A stretch of DNA of 51,558 nt from an uncultured Lachnospiraceae bacterium. Lineage in GTDB: Bacteria > Bacillota > Clostridia > Lachnospirales > Lachnospiraceae. Position numbers and translations under genes: made by a program. The stretch is from positions 1 to 51,558 of the forward strand of contig CAJFOH010000009.1 in assembly GCA_904395845.1 (NCBI GenBank), written 5' to 3'. The notes under the pieces were generated by a model. That model was not told where the DNA came from, ran no database searches, and saw nothing but the letters and a program-made list of their open reading frames with translations. Positions 1 through 9,675 of this stretch are shown here, piece after piece (position 1 is the first letter of the stretch; each line of letters opens with the position of its first letter).

Positions 1-240
1 AAAAGTTTAGCAGAAATTATGGGAGGTCAGTTAATTATTTACTTAGATGGAGATTTATTCCGAGTGACTGTTGTATTCCCATTAAAAGAAGAAAGAAAAG
101 ATACGAAAAAACAAGGTCAAGCAGTTGTTCAAAATGAGTATATGCAAAGTGAGAAAATGCAGGAAGAAAAGGTAGAGAAAGACATAACAAATGAAAAAGA
201 TTTCTTTATGGATGAGAAACAAAACAAAGAAAATGAATAG
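1..240 (+). CDS. C-terminal end of a sensor histidine kinase (5'-truncated by window), with charged low-complexity tail
   Basis: Frame 1 is open from base 1: KSLAEIMGGQLIIYLDGDLFRVTVVFP resembles the end of an HATPase_c domain (after the G2 box); followed by an E/K/Q-rich tail. Confidence 0.7.
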   Translation, partial: KSLAEIMGGQLIIYLDGDLFRVTVVFPLKEERKDTKKQGQAVVQNEYMQSEKMQEEKVEKDITNEKDFFMDEKQNKENE

Positions 241-271
241 TAGAAATTAAAAAAAGACAAAAGATAACAGG

Positions 272-314
272 AAAATGCTGTCACATAAAACTTATGTATG
301 TGATGGCATTTTTT
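272..314 (+). terminator. Intrinsic terminator
   Basis: aaaatgctgtcacata / tatgtgatggcatttt inverted repeat with T-run after the stop at 240. Confidence 0.8.
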
Positions 315-376
315 GTTTGCAAAATAGAATAATAAAATAAAAAGTCTGTTATAATTTAAAAAAATGGTTATTTTAC

Positions 377-405
377 TTGTAAATAAAAAGTAATAACAGT
401 ATAAT
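377..405 (+). promoter_or_regulatory. SigA-type promoter of hydratase gene
   Basis: TTGTAA-17-TATAAT, then AGGAGG RBS before ATG 436. Confidence 0.65.
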
Positions 406-435
406 GAAAAAAATAAAACAAGTAGGAGGGATTGT

Positions 436-2739
436 ATGATAAAGCGATACGAACATGGAGCATACTTACTAAATGGGACAGAATTAATTGAGGATGTTGG
501 ACAAGTATATGAGCAATTAAGTAGTAAATTAGGATACTGCCCAACAAAAGAAGAGGCAATCCAACAGACAATGGCATACAACATTTTAAAGGCTCATAAT
601 ACGTCTAATACTATGGAGCAATTAAAGATTACCTTTGATTGTTTAACTTCTCATGATATTACCTTTGTTGGAATTATTCAAACGGCAAGGGCAAGTGGAT
701 TAGAAGAATTTCCAGTACCTTATGTATTAACCAACTGCCACAACAGTCTTTGTGCCGTTGGGGGAACCATTAATGAAGATGACCATATGTTTGGATTATC
801 TTGTGCGAAAAAATATGGTGGTGTGTATGTTCCACCTCATCAAGCAGTTATCCATCAATATGCAAGAGAAATGCTAGCTGGTTGTGGAAAAATGATTTTA
901 GGTTCTGATAGTCACACAAGATATGGAGCACTTGGAACAATGGCAATTGGAGAGGGAGGTCCTGAGCTTGTAAAACAGCTATTAAAGAAGACCTACGATA
1001 TTCAAAGACCAGAAGTAGTTGCCGTATATTTAACAGGAAAGCTAGAAAAGGGAGTTGGTCCACAAGATATTGCACTAGCAATTATTGGGGAAGTATTTGC
1101 AGATGGATATGTGAAAAATAAGGTTATGGAGTTTGTTGGAGATGGAATTGATAACCTTAGTGTAGACTATCGTATTGGTATTGATGTTATGACAACAGAA
1201 ACAACTTGTCTATCTTCCATTTGGAGAACCGATAGTAAGGTAAAGGATTTCTTTGCTATTCATGGACGAGTGGGAGAGTACAAAGAGATAAAACCAGGGG
1301 ATGTTGCTTACTATGATGGAGTGGTTTATGTAGATTTAAGTAAAATTAAACCAATGATTGCCATGCCATTCCACCCAAGCAATACATATACCATTGAAGA
1401 GGTAAATAATAACTTAGAAGATATTTTAGCAGAAGTAGAAAAAAAGGCAGCTATTAGTTTAGATAATAAGATTCCATTTCAGTTACGAGATAAAATAAGA
1501 AATGGAAAGTTGTATGTAGAGCAAGGTGTAATTGCAGGTTGTGCAGGTGGTGGATTTGAAAATTTATGTGACGCAGCAGATATTTTATCAGGACAAAGTA
1601 TTGGCTCTGATGAATTTTCTCTTAGCGTATATCCAGCTTCCCAACCAATTTTTATGGAGTTAGTAAAAAATGGTGCTGTTGCAAAATTTATGGAAGCAGG
1701 GGCAACTGTTCGTACTGCATTTTGTGGACCATGCTTTGGTGCAGGAGATGTACCAGCAAACAATGGACTTAGTATTCGACATTCTACAAGAAACTTCCCA
1801 AATCGAGAAGGTTCTAAAATTACAAGCAATCAAATTGCTTCAGTTGCACTTATGGATGCTCGCTCTATTGCAGCAACAGCAGCAAATAAGGGATATTTAA
1901 TCCCAGCAACAGAGGTTGATGTAAACTTTACAAAGCCAAAGTATTTTTTCGATAAAAATATTTATGAAAATAGAGTTTACAATGGAGTAGGAAACCCAAA
2001 ACCAGAAGAAGAAATCAAGTTTGGACCAAACATTGTAGATTGGCCAGAAATGGTAGAACTTACCGAAGATATTTTACTTCGTGTCGTATCTGTTATTCAT
2101 GACCCAGTAACTACAACAGACGAATTAATTCCATCAGGTGAAACATCTTCTTATCGTTCCAATCCATTGGCACTTGCAGAATACACATTATCAAGAAAAG
2201 ACCCAAAGTATGTAGAACGAGCAAAAGAAGTATTTGCACAAGAAAAAATTCGCCGTATGAATGTATGTCCAATGAAAGAAAATAAAGCCATTGGTGATGC
2301 TTTCCGAACATTAAAGAAGTACAATCCACAGTTAAGAGCAAGGTCTGTGGCAATCGGTACAACCATTTATGCAGTTAAGCCAGGAGATGGTTCTGCAAGA
2401 GAGCAAGCAGCCTCTTGCCAACGAGTATTAGGTGGTATGGCAAATATTGCAAAGGAATATGCAACAAAACGATATCGTTCTAACTTAATTAATTGGGGAA
2501 TGATTCCGTTTCTTTTAGAAAAAGAGAAGTTACCACTTGAAAACCTTGATTTTATTTATATTCCTAACATTAAAACAGCAATAAAGGAGAAGAAAAATAA
2601 GGTTACAGCTTATATTGTAAAGGATACCCTAGAACCATTTGAGCTTTCCATTGGTGAGATGACAGACGATGAAAGGGATATTATTCTTGCAGGAAGTTTA
2701 ATTAACTATTATGCAAAAACAAAAGAAGTTACAGAATAA
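436..2739 (+). CDS. Aconitase-family hydratase (YbhJ-like)
   Basis: 767 aa; DSHTR motif, Fe-S cysteines IAGCAGG and [15 protein letters not shown] and GSAREQA swivel-domain motifs. Confidence 0.9.
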   Translation: MIKRYEHGAYLLNGTELIEDVGQVYEQLSSKLGYCPTKEEAIQQTMAYNILKAHNTSNTMEQLKITFDCLTSHDITFVGIIQTARASGLEEFPVPYVLTNCHNSLCAVGGTINEDDHMFGLSCAKKYGGVYVPPHQAVIHQYAREMLAGCGKMILGSDSHTRYGALGTMAIGEGGPELVKQLLKKTYDIQRPEVVAVYLTGKLEKGVGPQDIALAIIGEVFADGYVKNKVMEFVGDGIDNLSVDYRIGIDVMTTETTCLSSIWRTDSKVKDFFAIHGRVGEYKEIKPGDVAYYDGVVYVDLSKIKPMIAMPFHPSNTYTIEEVNNNLEDILAEVEKKAAISLDNKIPFQLRDKIRNGKLYVEQGVIAGCAGGGFENLCDAADILSGQSIGSDEFSLSVYPASQPIFMELVKNGAVAKFMEAGATVRTAFCGPCFGAGDVPANNGLSIRHSTRNFPNREGSKITSNQIASVALMDARSIAATAANKGYLIPATEVDVNFTKPKYFFDKNIYENRVYNGVGNPKPEEEIKFGPNIVDWPEMVELTEDILLRVVSVIHDPVTTTDELIPSGETSSYRSNPLALAEYTLSRKDPKYVERAKEVFAQEKIRRMNVCPMKENKAIGDAFRTLKKYNPQLRARSVAIGTTIYAVKPGDGSAREQAASCQRVLGGMANIAKEYATKRYRSNLINWGMIPFLLEKEKLPLENLDFIYIPNIKTAIKEKKNKVTAYIVKDTLEPFELSIGEMTDDERDIILAGSLINYYAKTKEVTE

Positions 2740-2769
2740 GAAAAGTAAAAAATATATAGATTAGCTAAG

Positions 2770-2805
2770 AAAAGGGATTGTAAGAGTCAGTTACAGTCCC
2801 TTTTT
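2770..2805 (+). terminator. Intrinsic terminator
   Basis: aaaagggattgtaa / ttacagtcccttttt hairpin 30 nt after stop. Confidence 0.85.
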
Positions 2806-2999
2806 ATGTATTACAATAAAATTTATTCCTTATTACAATGAAAATAGGAACATTTAGAACGGAAAAATAGGCTACAATTTGTAGAGTACGAAAACATAGC
2901 CTATTTTAAAAATACAGGAAGAAAAAAGGAAAGAAAAACGAGAGAGAAACAAATAGTAGAAATATGAAAAAATCCTTTAAAATAAAGGGAAAATTAGCG

Positions 3000-3027
3000 T
3001 TGACAAGTAGAAAAAAAAGAGTAAAAT
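3000..3027 (+). promoter_or_regulatory. SigA-type promoter of the Tad operon
   Basis: TTGACA-16-TAAAAT, 100 nt upstream of first tad gene; spacer contains an A8 tract. Confidence 0.7.
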
Positions 3028-3126
3028 CAATCATAACAAATCTAAGATATCTTGTTTGTTTTCATTTCATTATAACAGATAAAATTTTATCAAATTCAAG
3101 TAACAATCCAATAAGGAAGATAATAT

Positions 3127-3558
3127 ATGAGTCAGTATATTCTTGGCATTCTTCTTATACTAGCGATGGCAATAGATATAAAGACAAAAAGAATCCCAAA
3201 TTCATTTCTTATAGTTTTATATTTACTGGGAGCTGGTATAGAATATTACAAACATGGGGCAGAAGTTGTTGTAGTGTGTGCTATGGCAGTTCTTCTTATC
3301 ATTATACTATTTCCAACCTACATGGTAGGAGCATTTGGAGCAGGAGATATTAAGCTATTTGGAGCTATGAGTCTATTTATAGGATTTATTCCTACACTAA
3401 CGTGCTTTTATTATTCTTTGTTAATATGTGGAAGTGTAAGTATTTTTATTTTATGTTTTGAAAGAATAAGAAAAAGTGGGAGAAAAAGAAAACATTATGT
3501 TTCTTATACTATATTTATATTTCTTGGATATGTATTTACCCTATGGAATAAAAGATAA
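3127..3558 (+). CDS. Prepilin peptidase, A24 family (CpaA/TadV-like)
   Basis: Hydrophobic 143 aa; AIDIKTKRIPN and GAGDIKL carry the two catalytic Asp. Confidence 0.88.
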   Translation: MSQYILGILLILAMAIDIKTKRIPNSFLIVLYLLGAGIEYYKHGAEVVVVCAMAVLLIIILFPTYMVGAFGAGDIKLFGAMSLFIGFIPTLTCFYYSLLICGSVSIFILCFERIRKSGRKRKHYVSYTIFIFLGYVFTLWNKR

Positions 3559-3576
3559 AAGTTAAGAGAGGTTTAT

Positions 3577-4578
3577 ATGGAAGAAAAAATAGTAGCAATT
3601 TATATGGAAGAAGATGAGTATGGGAAGCGTTTGAAGGAGTATTTTTATCAACAAGGAAATTTGCCATTTACAGTCATAAGTTTTTCTTCATGGGAAGCAA
3701 TTAGTCAGTATGAGATGAAACATAATATAGGAATTTTGCTTACAGATAGAGATAGGAAGGAGTCGTTTGATGAACATATACAAACAGTTATACTTACAAA
3801 TAATATACACTTAGAACAACAACAGCCATTATCCTATATTTTTAAGTATCAATCCATAGAGGCTATAATAGGACGATTATTAGAAAGTTACAAACAACAA
3901 GTAGTAAATATAGCCTCCATTTCTCACCCAAGTTCTAATTTTGTATCAAAAAAAACAACAATTATAGGTGTTTACTCGCCCATAGGTAGATGTTTAAAAA
4001 CGTCATTTTCACTTATCCTTGCTCAAATCTTAAGTAAGAGAGAGTCTGTTTTGTATCTTTCATTAGAGTCTATGTCAGGTCTATGTCAGTTATTACATAA
4101 AGAGCCATCTTATTATTTATCAGACATTATATTTGCATTGCGAGAGAATAATTTAGAAAAGAGAATCAATGGAATGATAGATATGTTTGATGAGGTATCT
4201 TATATTCCACCAGTAAAATGTCCAGAAGATTTGAAAAATATTAGTGCTGAGGAGTTTGTAAAGGCATTAGATATTATTTTAAAGGAATACTCCTACTCAA
4301 CAGTTGTTATTGATGTGGGGGAAGGATTTTTACAACCAGATGTAATACTTTCTATTTGTAATACCATTTATATGCCAATAAAAGAAGATGTTATGTCGCA
4401 GTGTAAAATAGAAGCATTTGAGCAAATGTTATATGGAACACAGAATGAATATTTATTTGATAATATCCAAAAAATAAAGCTTCCATATAGTCATTGTTTT
4501 TCAGGAAGACAAACCTATCTTGAGCAGTTAATGTGGGGAGAGTTAGGGGATTATACAAGGAGTTTAATTAAGGGATGA
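3577..4578 (+). CDS. CpaE/TadZ-like protein (degenerate receiver + MinD/ParA-like domain)
   Basis: N-terminal REC-like region ending IFKYQS; deviant Walker A VYSPIGRCLKTS; VVIDVG; directly upstream of TadA. Confidence 0.75.
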   Translation: MEEKIVAIYMEEDEYGKRLKEYFYQQGNLPFTVISFSSWEAISQYEMKHNIGILLTDRDRKESFDEHIQTVILTNNIHLEQQQPLSYIFKYQSIEAIIGRLLESYKQQVVNIASISHPSSNFVSKKTTIIGVYSPIGRCLKTSFSLILAQILSKRESVLYLSLESMSGLCQLLHKEPSYYLSDIIFALRENNLEKRINGMIDMFDEVSYIPPVKCPEDLKNISAEEFVKALDIILKEYSYSTVVIDVGEGFLQPDVILSICNTIYMPIKEDVMSQCKIEAFEQMLYGTQNEYLFDNIQKIKLPYSHCFSGRQTYLEQLMWGELGDYTRSLIKG

Positions 4579-5780
4579 GTTATGAATATCAAGAGCAAAT
4601 AAGAAAAAAAGTATTAGAGCAAATCAATATTTTTGAAGATATTAGTAAGGAACAATTAATGGAATGTATTGAAGAGTGTATTTTACAGTTTGGAAAAGAG
4701 CATTACATACCATTATGGAAAAAGGACGAATTGCGAAAGGAATTATACAATTCTTTTCGTGGATTTGATGTATTAGGTCAAGTGTTAGAAGATAATAGTA
4801 TTAGTGAAATTATGGTAAATAGTTATAAAGAAATTTTTATTGAAAAAGGTGGAACTATTTATCCATATCACAAGTCCTTTCAAAGCCAGAAAAAGTTAGA
4901 AGATGTTGTTCAACAGATGGTATCTATGTCCAATAAACGAGTAAATGAGGCAAATCCAATGGTAGATTTTTGTCTGGAAGATGGCTCAAGAGTAAATATT
5001 GTACTTCCACCAATCTCCATTCATGGACCAACCATAACCATTCGTAAATTTTCTAGTGAGCCATTTACAATGGAGCGTTTAATAGATGTGGGAGCAATTA
5101 CAAAGGAGGTTTATGACTTTTTAGAGAAATTAGTAAAAAGCAAATATAATATTTTTGTTAGTGGTGGTACTGGTTCAGGAAAAACAACATTTTTGCGAGC
5201 ATTGTGTCAATGGATTCCAAAACAGGAAAGAGTAATTACCATTGAAGATGCACCAGAATTATTATTATCCTCCTTAGATAACGTAGTTAGCTTATTATCC
5301 AGAGATTCATCGGTAGATGGTGAATATGAAATTACAATTCGAGATTTAATCCGTTGTGCATTAAGAATGCGACCAAATCGAATTATTGTTGGAGAAATTC
5401 GCTCAGGAGAAGCTCTTGATATGTTGCAAGCTATGAATACTGGGCATGATGGTTCTTTGTCCACTGGTCATGGAAATAGTCCAAAGGATATGCTTGCCCG
5501 TATAGAAACTATGGTTTTAATGGGGATGGAGATACCAATTAGTGCCATTCGTAGCCAAATTGCTGGGGCGATTGATATTATGGTTCATGTTAGTAGAATG
5601 CCAGATAAAAGTAGAAAAGTAGTATCTATTGATGAGATTATTGGAGTAGAAAATGGAGAAATTAAACTAAATCAAATTTATAAACTTGAAGTATTGCAGG
5701 AGAAACATACATATGCTTTTAAACAAGTGGGAACGCTTATTCACACAGAAAAACTTAAAAAAGAAGGATATTTGGTATGA
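4575..5780 (+). CDS. tadA: Tad pilus assembly ATPase TadA/CpaF
   Basis: Walker A GGTGSGKTT, ITIEDAPEL Asp box, LRMRPNRIIVGEIR Walker B, MNTGHDGSLSTGH His box; ATGA overlap with upstream gene. Confidence 0.96.
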   Translation: MSYEYQEQIRKKVLEQINIFEDISKEQLMECIEECILQFGKEHYIPLWKKDELRKELYNSFRGFDVLGQVLEDNSISEIMVNSYKEIFIEKGGTIYPYHKSFQSQKKLEDVVQQMVSMSNKRVNEANPMVDFCLEDGSRVNIVLPPISIHGPTITIRKFSSEPFTMERLIDVGAITKEVYDFLEKLVKSKYNIFVSGGTGSGKTTFLRALCQWIPKQERVITIEDAPELLLSSLDNVVSLLSRDSSVDGEYEITIRDLIRCALRMRPNRIIVGEIRSGEALDMLQAMNTGHDGSLSTGHGNSPKDMLARIETMVLMGMEIPISAIRSQIAGAIDIMVHVSRMPDKSRKVVSIDEIIGVENGEIKLNQIYKLEVLQEKHTYAFKQVGTLIHTEKLKKEGYLV

Positions 5781-6513
5781 TACATATGATTTTTCTTTAA
5801 AAGAAATTATAAGATACTCTTTGGAAATTTTCGTTATCTTAATCACTCTTTCTTATGTATTTTATCATAGTTTTCTTCCCACCATTCTTTTTCTCCCTAC
5901 TATTTTCTTCTATTTAAAAAAGAAAAACAATGATTGTAAAAAGGCAAGATATAAAAAGCTATTAGTAGAATTTATGGATTCCTTACAAACAATGAAAAAT
6001 CATTTAAGAACAGGACATTCCCTAGAAAGTAGTATGGGACAGACAATAAGTAGAATGGAGCAAATACATGGCAAACATTCCTTAATGAAGTGGGAATTGG
6101 AACAAATGGAGAGAAAATTATCTTTAGATTATACGGTGGAAGCTCTTTGGGAGGATTTTGCAATAAGAAGCAATGTAAAGGAAATACAGTCCTTTGCAAG
6201 AATCATTGAAATTGTAAAGAGAACGGGAGGACAATTACATAAAGTTATGGAAACAAGCGCCAATCAAATTCGAGATAATATTCAAGTAGAAAATGAAATT
6301 GCAGTTATGCTACAAGGAAAGAAGATGGAACAAAAAGTAATGACCATTATGCCTCTTGTTATTTTGATTTATGTGGATATTAGTGCTAGTGAAATGATAG
6401 CTTCTTTATATACTACCATATTAGGAAGAATAGTAATGACCATTTGTTTGATTGTCTATTTGTTTTCTTACTGGCTTGGACAATATTTTGTGCAAAAAAT
6501 AGAGTCCGTATAA
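5713..6513 (+). CDS. tadB: TadB-like platform protein (T2SSF domain)
   Basis: TGHSLESS...RTGGQL pattern, N- and C-terminal TM pairs, position after tadA; start uncertain (ATG 5713 has AGGAG 10 nt upstream and overlaps tadA by 68 nt). Confidence 0.8.
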   Translation: MLLNKWERLFTQKNLKKKDIWYDTYDFSLKEIIRYSLEIFVILITLSYVFYHSFLPTILFLPTIFFYLKKKNNDCKKARYKKLLVEFMDSLQTMKNHLRTGHSLESSMGQTISRMEQIHGKHSLMKWELEQMERKLSLDYTVEALWEDFAIRSNVKEIQSFARIIEIVKRTGGQLHKVMETSANQIRDNIQVENEIAVMLQGKKMEQKVMTIMPLVILIYVDISASEMIASLYTTILGRIVMTICLIVYLFSYWLGQYFVQKIESV

Positions 6514-6534
6514 CAGAAAGAGAGGGATAAAAAA

Positions 6535-7977
6535 GTGAATGGTAGGATTCTATTTTTTGTCATTATAGTAGGGATGGTGCTTAGTGCCATTGTTATTAGT
6601 AATTTAGGAGTAGGAAGCAATATAAGAAAAAATTACAAACAACTTGGTGTGTTACAGTGGATTTCCCCTCTTGCCTTGTGGATATACAAACAAAAAGTGA
6701 AATTTTTTGGTGATAACCAAGTAAATAAGCAGTTTAGAGAGTTATATCCAAATCAGGACATAACAGAAAAAATACATTTGGAATATATTCATCGAATTGG
6801 AATTGTTCTTTTGTGTCTTTTGCTAGGTGGAATTTTAGGGATTTTTCTTGAAATCCAACAAAAAGGAAAGGATAGTAGAATTTATACATTGGAAAGACCT
6901 GAATTTTTAGAAGGCAATGTGACCTATGAGATTATGGTGGAAGGCTTAGGGGAGGAAAAAGAGCTAACCTTTGAAGTTGGAGAGCAGTTAGTAACGAAGG
7001 AGCAGTTTGAGAAAATGTGTATATCCTATATTCCTCAAATTCAAGAAACATTGCTAGGGGAGAATTCTTCTTTAGAACAAATAAAAAGTAACCTTTGTTA
7101 CATAAAGTCCATAAACGGAATTTCTATTTCTTGGGAAAGTAGTGATTTTGACTATATAGGGGAAGATGGGACAATTAAAAAGTGGGCAGTAGATAATCCA
7201 ATCCCCATTGAAATATATGCAACATTTTCTTATGAAACACTACAATACACTCATACATTTGTAGGTAGCATAGTACAAAGGGAAAAAGATACAAGCTACT
7301 ATTTATCACAGATTCAGGAATATATAAAAAATGAAAATGAGCAGTCAAGAGAAAAGGAATCCATAGAATTACCAAATACCGTAGATGGAGTAGAAGTTTC
7401 TTATAAAAAAAGGGTATCAAAGGACAGTTTTATACTATTTTTTTTATGTGTTCTTGGGGGGATTGGAGTCTATGCAAGGGTTCCAGAAAAGAGAAAGGAG
7501 GAGTTAAAAAAGAGAGAACAGCAATTAATTATGGATTATACTACAATTATTTTTCAACTATCCCTTCTTATCCAGTCAGGTCTTACCATACGAGGAAGCA
7601 TTCAGTTAATGATTCGCCAGTATGAAAAGGATAGAGAGCATGGAGAGGAGTTAAGGTATAGCTTTGAAGAACTTAAGATGACCTATTATTCGTTAGAGGC
7701 AGGATATAGTGAACGCTATGCCTATGAAGAATTTGGAACTCGTTGTGGAATGTATTGCTATATAAAACTTGGAAATTTACTAAGTCAAAATATAAGGCAA
7801 GGAGTTAGTGGTTTAGGAAATATGTTAGAGGAGGAAGCATTTTTAGTATTAGAAGAAAGAAAAAATACAATAAAGAAAATGGGAGAGGAAGCCACTACAA
7901 AATTATTGATTCCTATGGTACTTATGCTTCTTGTAATATGCATCATATTAGTTGTTCCAACATTTTTATCTATGTAA
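6535..7977 (+). CDS. tadC: TadC-like platform protein with inserted extracellular domain
   Basis: C-terminal T2SSF pattern (SGLTIRGS...GEEATTKLLIPM); ~190-aa soluble region with ISWESS Ig-like signature between TM segments. Confidence 0.78.
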   Translation: MNGRILFFVIIVGMVLSAIVISNLGVGSNIRKNYKQLGVLQWISPLALWIYKQKVKFFGDNQVNKQFRELYPNQDITEKIHLEYIHRIGIVLLCLLLGGILGIFLEIQQKGKDSRIYTLERPEFLEGNVTYEIMVEGLGEEKELTFEVGEQLVTKEQFEKMCISYIPQIQETLLGENSSLEQIKSNLCYIKSINGISISWESSDFDYIGEDGTIKKWAVDNPIPIEIYATFSYETLQYTHTFVGSIVQREKDTSYYLSQIQEYIKNENEQSREKESIELPNTVDGVEVSYKKRVSKDSFILFFLCVLGGIGVYARVPEKRKEELKKREQQLIMDYTTIIFQLSLLIQSGLTIRGSIQLMIRQYEKDREHGEELRYSFEELKMTYYSLEAGYSERYAYEEFGTRCGMYCYIKLGNLLSQNIRQGVSGLGNMLEEEAFLVLEERKNTIKKMGEEATTKLLIPMVLMLLVICIILVVPTFLSM

Positions 7978-8031
7978 AAGCAATCAAATAAAAATGTTAT
8001 GAAAACGTGAGAGAAAAAGGAGAAAAAAGAT

Positions 8032-8202
8032 ATGATAAATTATTTGAAACAATTTTTAAAAGAAGAAGATGGAGTTGGTGTTGTTGAAATTATTTTAATC
8101 TTACTTGTACTTGTTGGATTAGTTGTAATTTTTAAAGCACAGCTTACAGATATTATTGGTGGCGTATTTGATAATATTAGAAAATCTGTAAGTGGATTAT
8201 GA
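8032..8202 (+). CDS. Flp1-family major pilin (56 aa; absent from ORF track)
   Basis: Translated by hand: MINYLKQFLKEEDG/VGVVEIILILLVLVGLVVIFKAQLTDIIGGVFDNIRKSVSGL; G at -1, E at +5, hydrophobic helix; AAGGAG RBS; ATGA overlap with next gene. Confidence 0.92.
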   Translation: MINYLKQFLKEEDGVGVVEIILILLVLVGLVVIFKAQLTDIIGGVFDNIRKSVSGL

Positions 8203-9656
8203 TGAAACAAACAGAGGAAGGAGTTATTACTGTTTACCTGTCTATTATGCTCATTTTAGTATTAGGTTTTTTAGGTGGTATGTTAGAAGGCAGTAGATAC
8301 TATGGAGCATATTGGAATGGAAATGTAGCAACACATTCGGCAGTGTCTTCGGTATTTGCAGGTTATGATAGACAGTTATTGGACCATTATGGGTTATTAT
8401 TGTTGAATGCAGGATATGAGGAAGAATTTTTTCAAGGTTCTAAAATAGAAGAAGAGTTGCAAACATATATAGACAGTTATGTTGAGCCAACAAAAGATAA
8501 AACGTTTTTGTCAGGCGGAAATTTTCTAGGTAGCTTAAAAAAAGCAGTAAATATAGATAAGTATTATTTAGCAACAGATAATAAAGGCTTATATTTTAAA
8601 GATGCTGTGGTAGATTATATGAAGTATGAAATTGTTGGAGATATAGGAAAAGGATTATTAGACAAAATTGGAATCATAAAAGAAGGATTGGAAACGAAAG
8701 AGGAAATAGATAACAATTCACAAAAAGCACAAGAAGCCATAGATTCTTATTTAGAGGAGAAGGAGAAGACTGGTAAAAAACAAAGAGATGAAACTATTTT
8801 TCTTTCGTTGTATGAACAACTCCAAAAAGGATACTTATCGTATATTTTATCAGATGAGAAAAAGATTTCTGATAAACAGCTAAATAAAGAGGGACTGCCG
8901 TCTAGTATTATGGAGAAAACGAATTGGTTTCAATTAGATTTTGATATTAGTATAATCCCAGAAGAATTAATATTTAATGAGTATGTAATTTCCTACTTAA
9001 ACAATTTTTCAGATAAGAAAGAAAGTGGTGGATTACAATATGAACAAGAATATGTCATCTTTGGACAAGAAAAGGATATTGATAATCTTACAAGTGCAGT
9101 TACTCTACTATTTGTTATACGAGCAGGATTAAATGGTGCTTATTTGTTAAAAGATACAGTAAAAATGGGGATTGCACAGACAGTAGGATATACCATTGCA
9201 ACCTTATTGGCATCTCCACAATTAGGAGATGGAATTACATATTTTATTATTGGTTTATGGGCAATGGCAGAGGCGATTACAGATGTGAATGGGTTATTAT
9301 CTGGAAAACAAGTGCCTCTTATGAAGACAAGTGAGTCATGGAATTTGGATTTGGTTGGATTGGTGGCTTTTGTATCTGGACAAAGGGATTTTTTCAGGGA
9401 AAGTGATGATGGGTTTTCCTATAAGGATTATTTAAGGTTATTTCTATTATTCACCAATCCTACAGAAAAGTACTACAAAACTATGGATATGATTCAAGAA
9501 AATATGTGTGAGATAAATCCAAATTTTCGATTTAGTAATTGTGTTTATGGATTAGAAGGATATGCAACCTTTTTAGTATCACCAGTGTTTCAAACCTTTT
9601 CCTTATATCCACTAAAATCAAAAGAATTTAATGTTTCATTTGGAAAAACGTATTGA
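8199..9656 (+). CDS. Large pilin-like protein (TadG-like / DUF5702-type)
   Basis: EEG/VITVYLSIML prepilin-like N-terminus; YEQEYVIFG and GFSYKDYLRLFL motifs recognised from this family. Confidence 0.7.
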   Translation: MMKQTEEGVITVYLSIMLILVLGFLGGMLEGSRYYGAYWNGNVATHSAVSSVFAGYDRQLLDHYGLLLLNAGYEEEFFQGSKIEEELQTYIDSYVEPTKDKTFLSGGNFLGSLKKAVNIDKYYLATDNKGLYFKDAVVDYMKYEIVGDIGKGLLDKIGIIKEGLETKEEIDNNSQKAQEAIDSYLEEKEKTGKKQRDETIFLSLYEQLQKGYLSYILSDEKKISDKQLNKEGLPSSIMEKTNWFQLDFDISIIPEELIFNEYVISYLNNFSDKKESGGLQYEQEYVIFGQEKDIDNLTSAVTLLFVIRAGLNGAYLLKDTVKMGIAQTVGYTIATLLASPQLGDGITYFIIGLWAMAEAITDVNGLLSGKQVPLMKTSESWNLDLVGLVAFVSGQRDFFRESDDGFSYKDYLRLFLLFTNPTEKYYKTMDMIQENMCEINPNFRFSNCVYGLEGYATFLVSPVFQTFSLYPLKSKEFNVSFGKTY

Positions 9657-9675
9657 GAAAGGAGGTTGATGGATA

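Noticed and set aside
129-584. 151-aa minus-strand ORF, representative of the many short antisense or alternate-frame ORFs in the track (e.g. 1479-1829, 15594-16022, 29029-29475, 39669-40271)
   Set aside because: Shadows of well-supported genes; no RBS or recognisable motifs
3028-3126. Possible c-di-GMP riboswitch in the tad leader
   Set aside because: No GEMM-I (GAAA tetraloop / GCAAA / receptor) or class II core recognisable
2964-3353. 129-aa ORF overlapping the first peptidase
   Set aside because: Runs through the tad promoter and overlaps a motif-bearing gene out of frame; no family features
5686-5800. Possible frameshift at the tadA/tadB junction (the ATGA overlap at 5777 opens only MIHMIFL-stop)
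   Set aside because: In-frame ATG 5713 with AGGAG 10 nt upstream explains tadB without a frameshift; start remains uncertain
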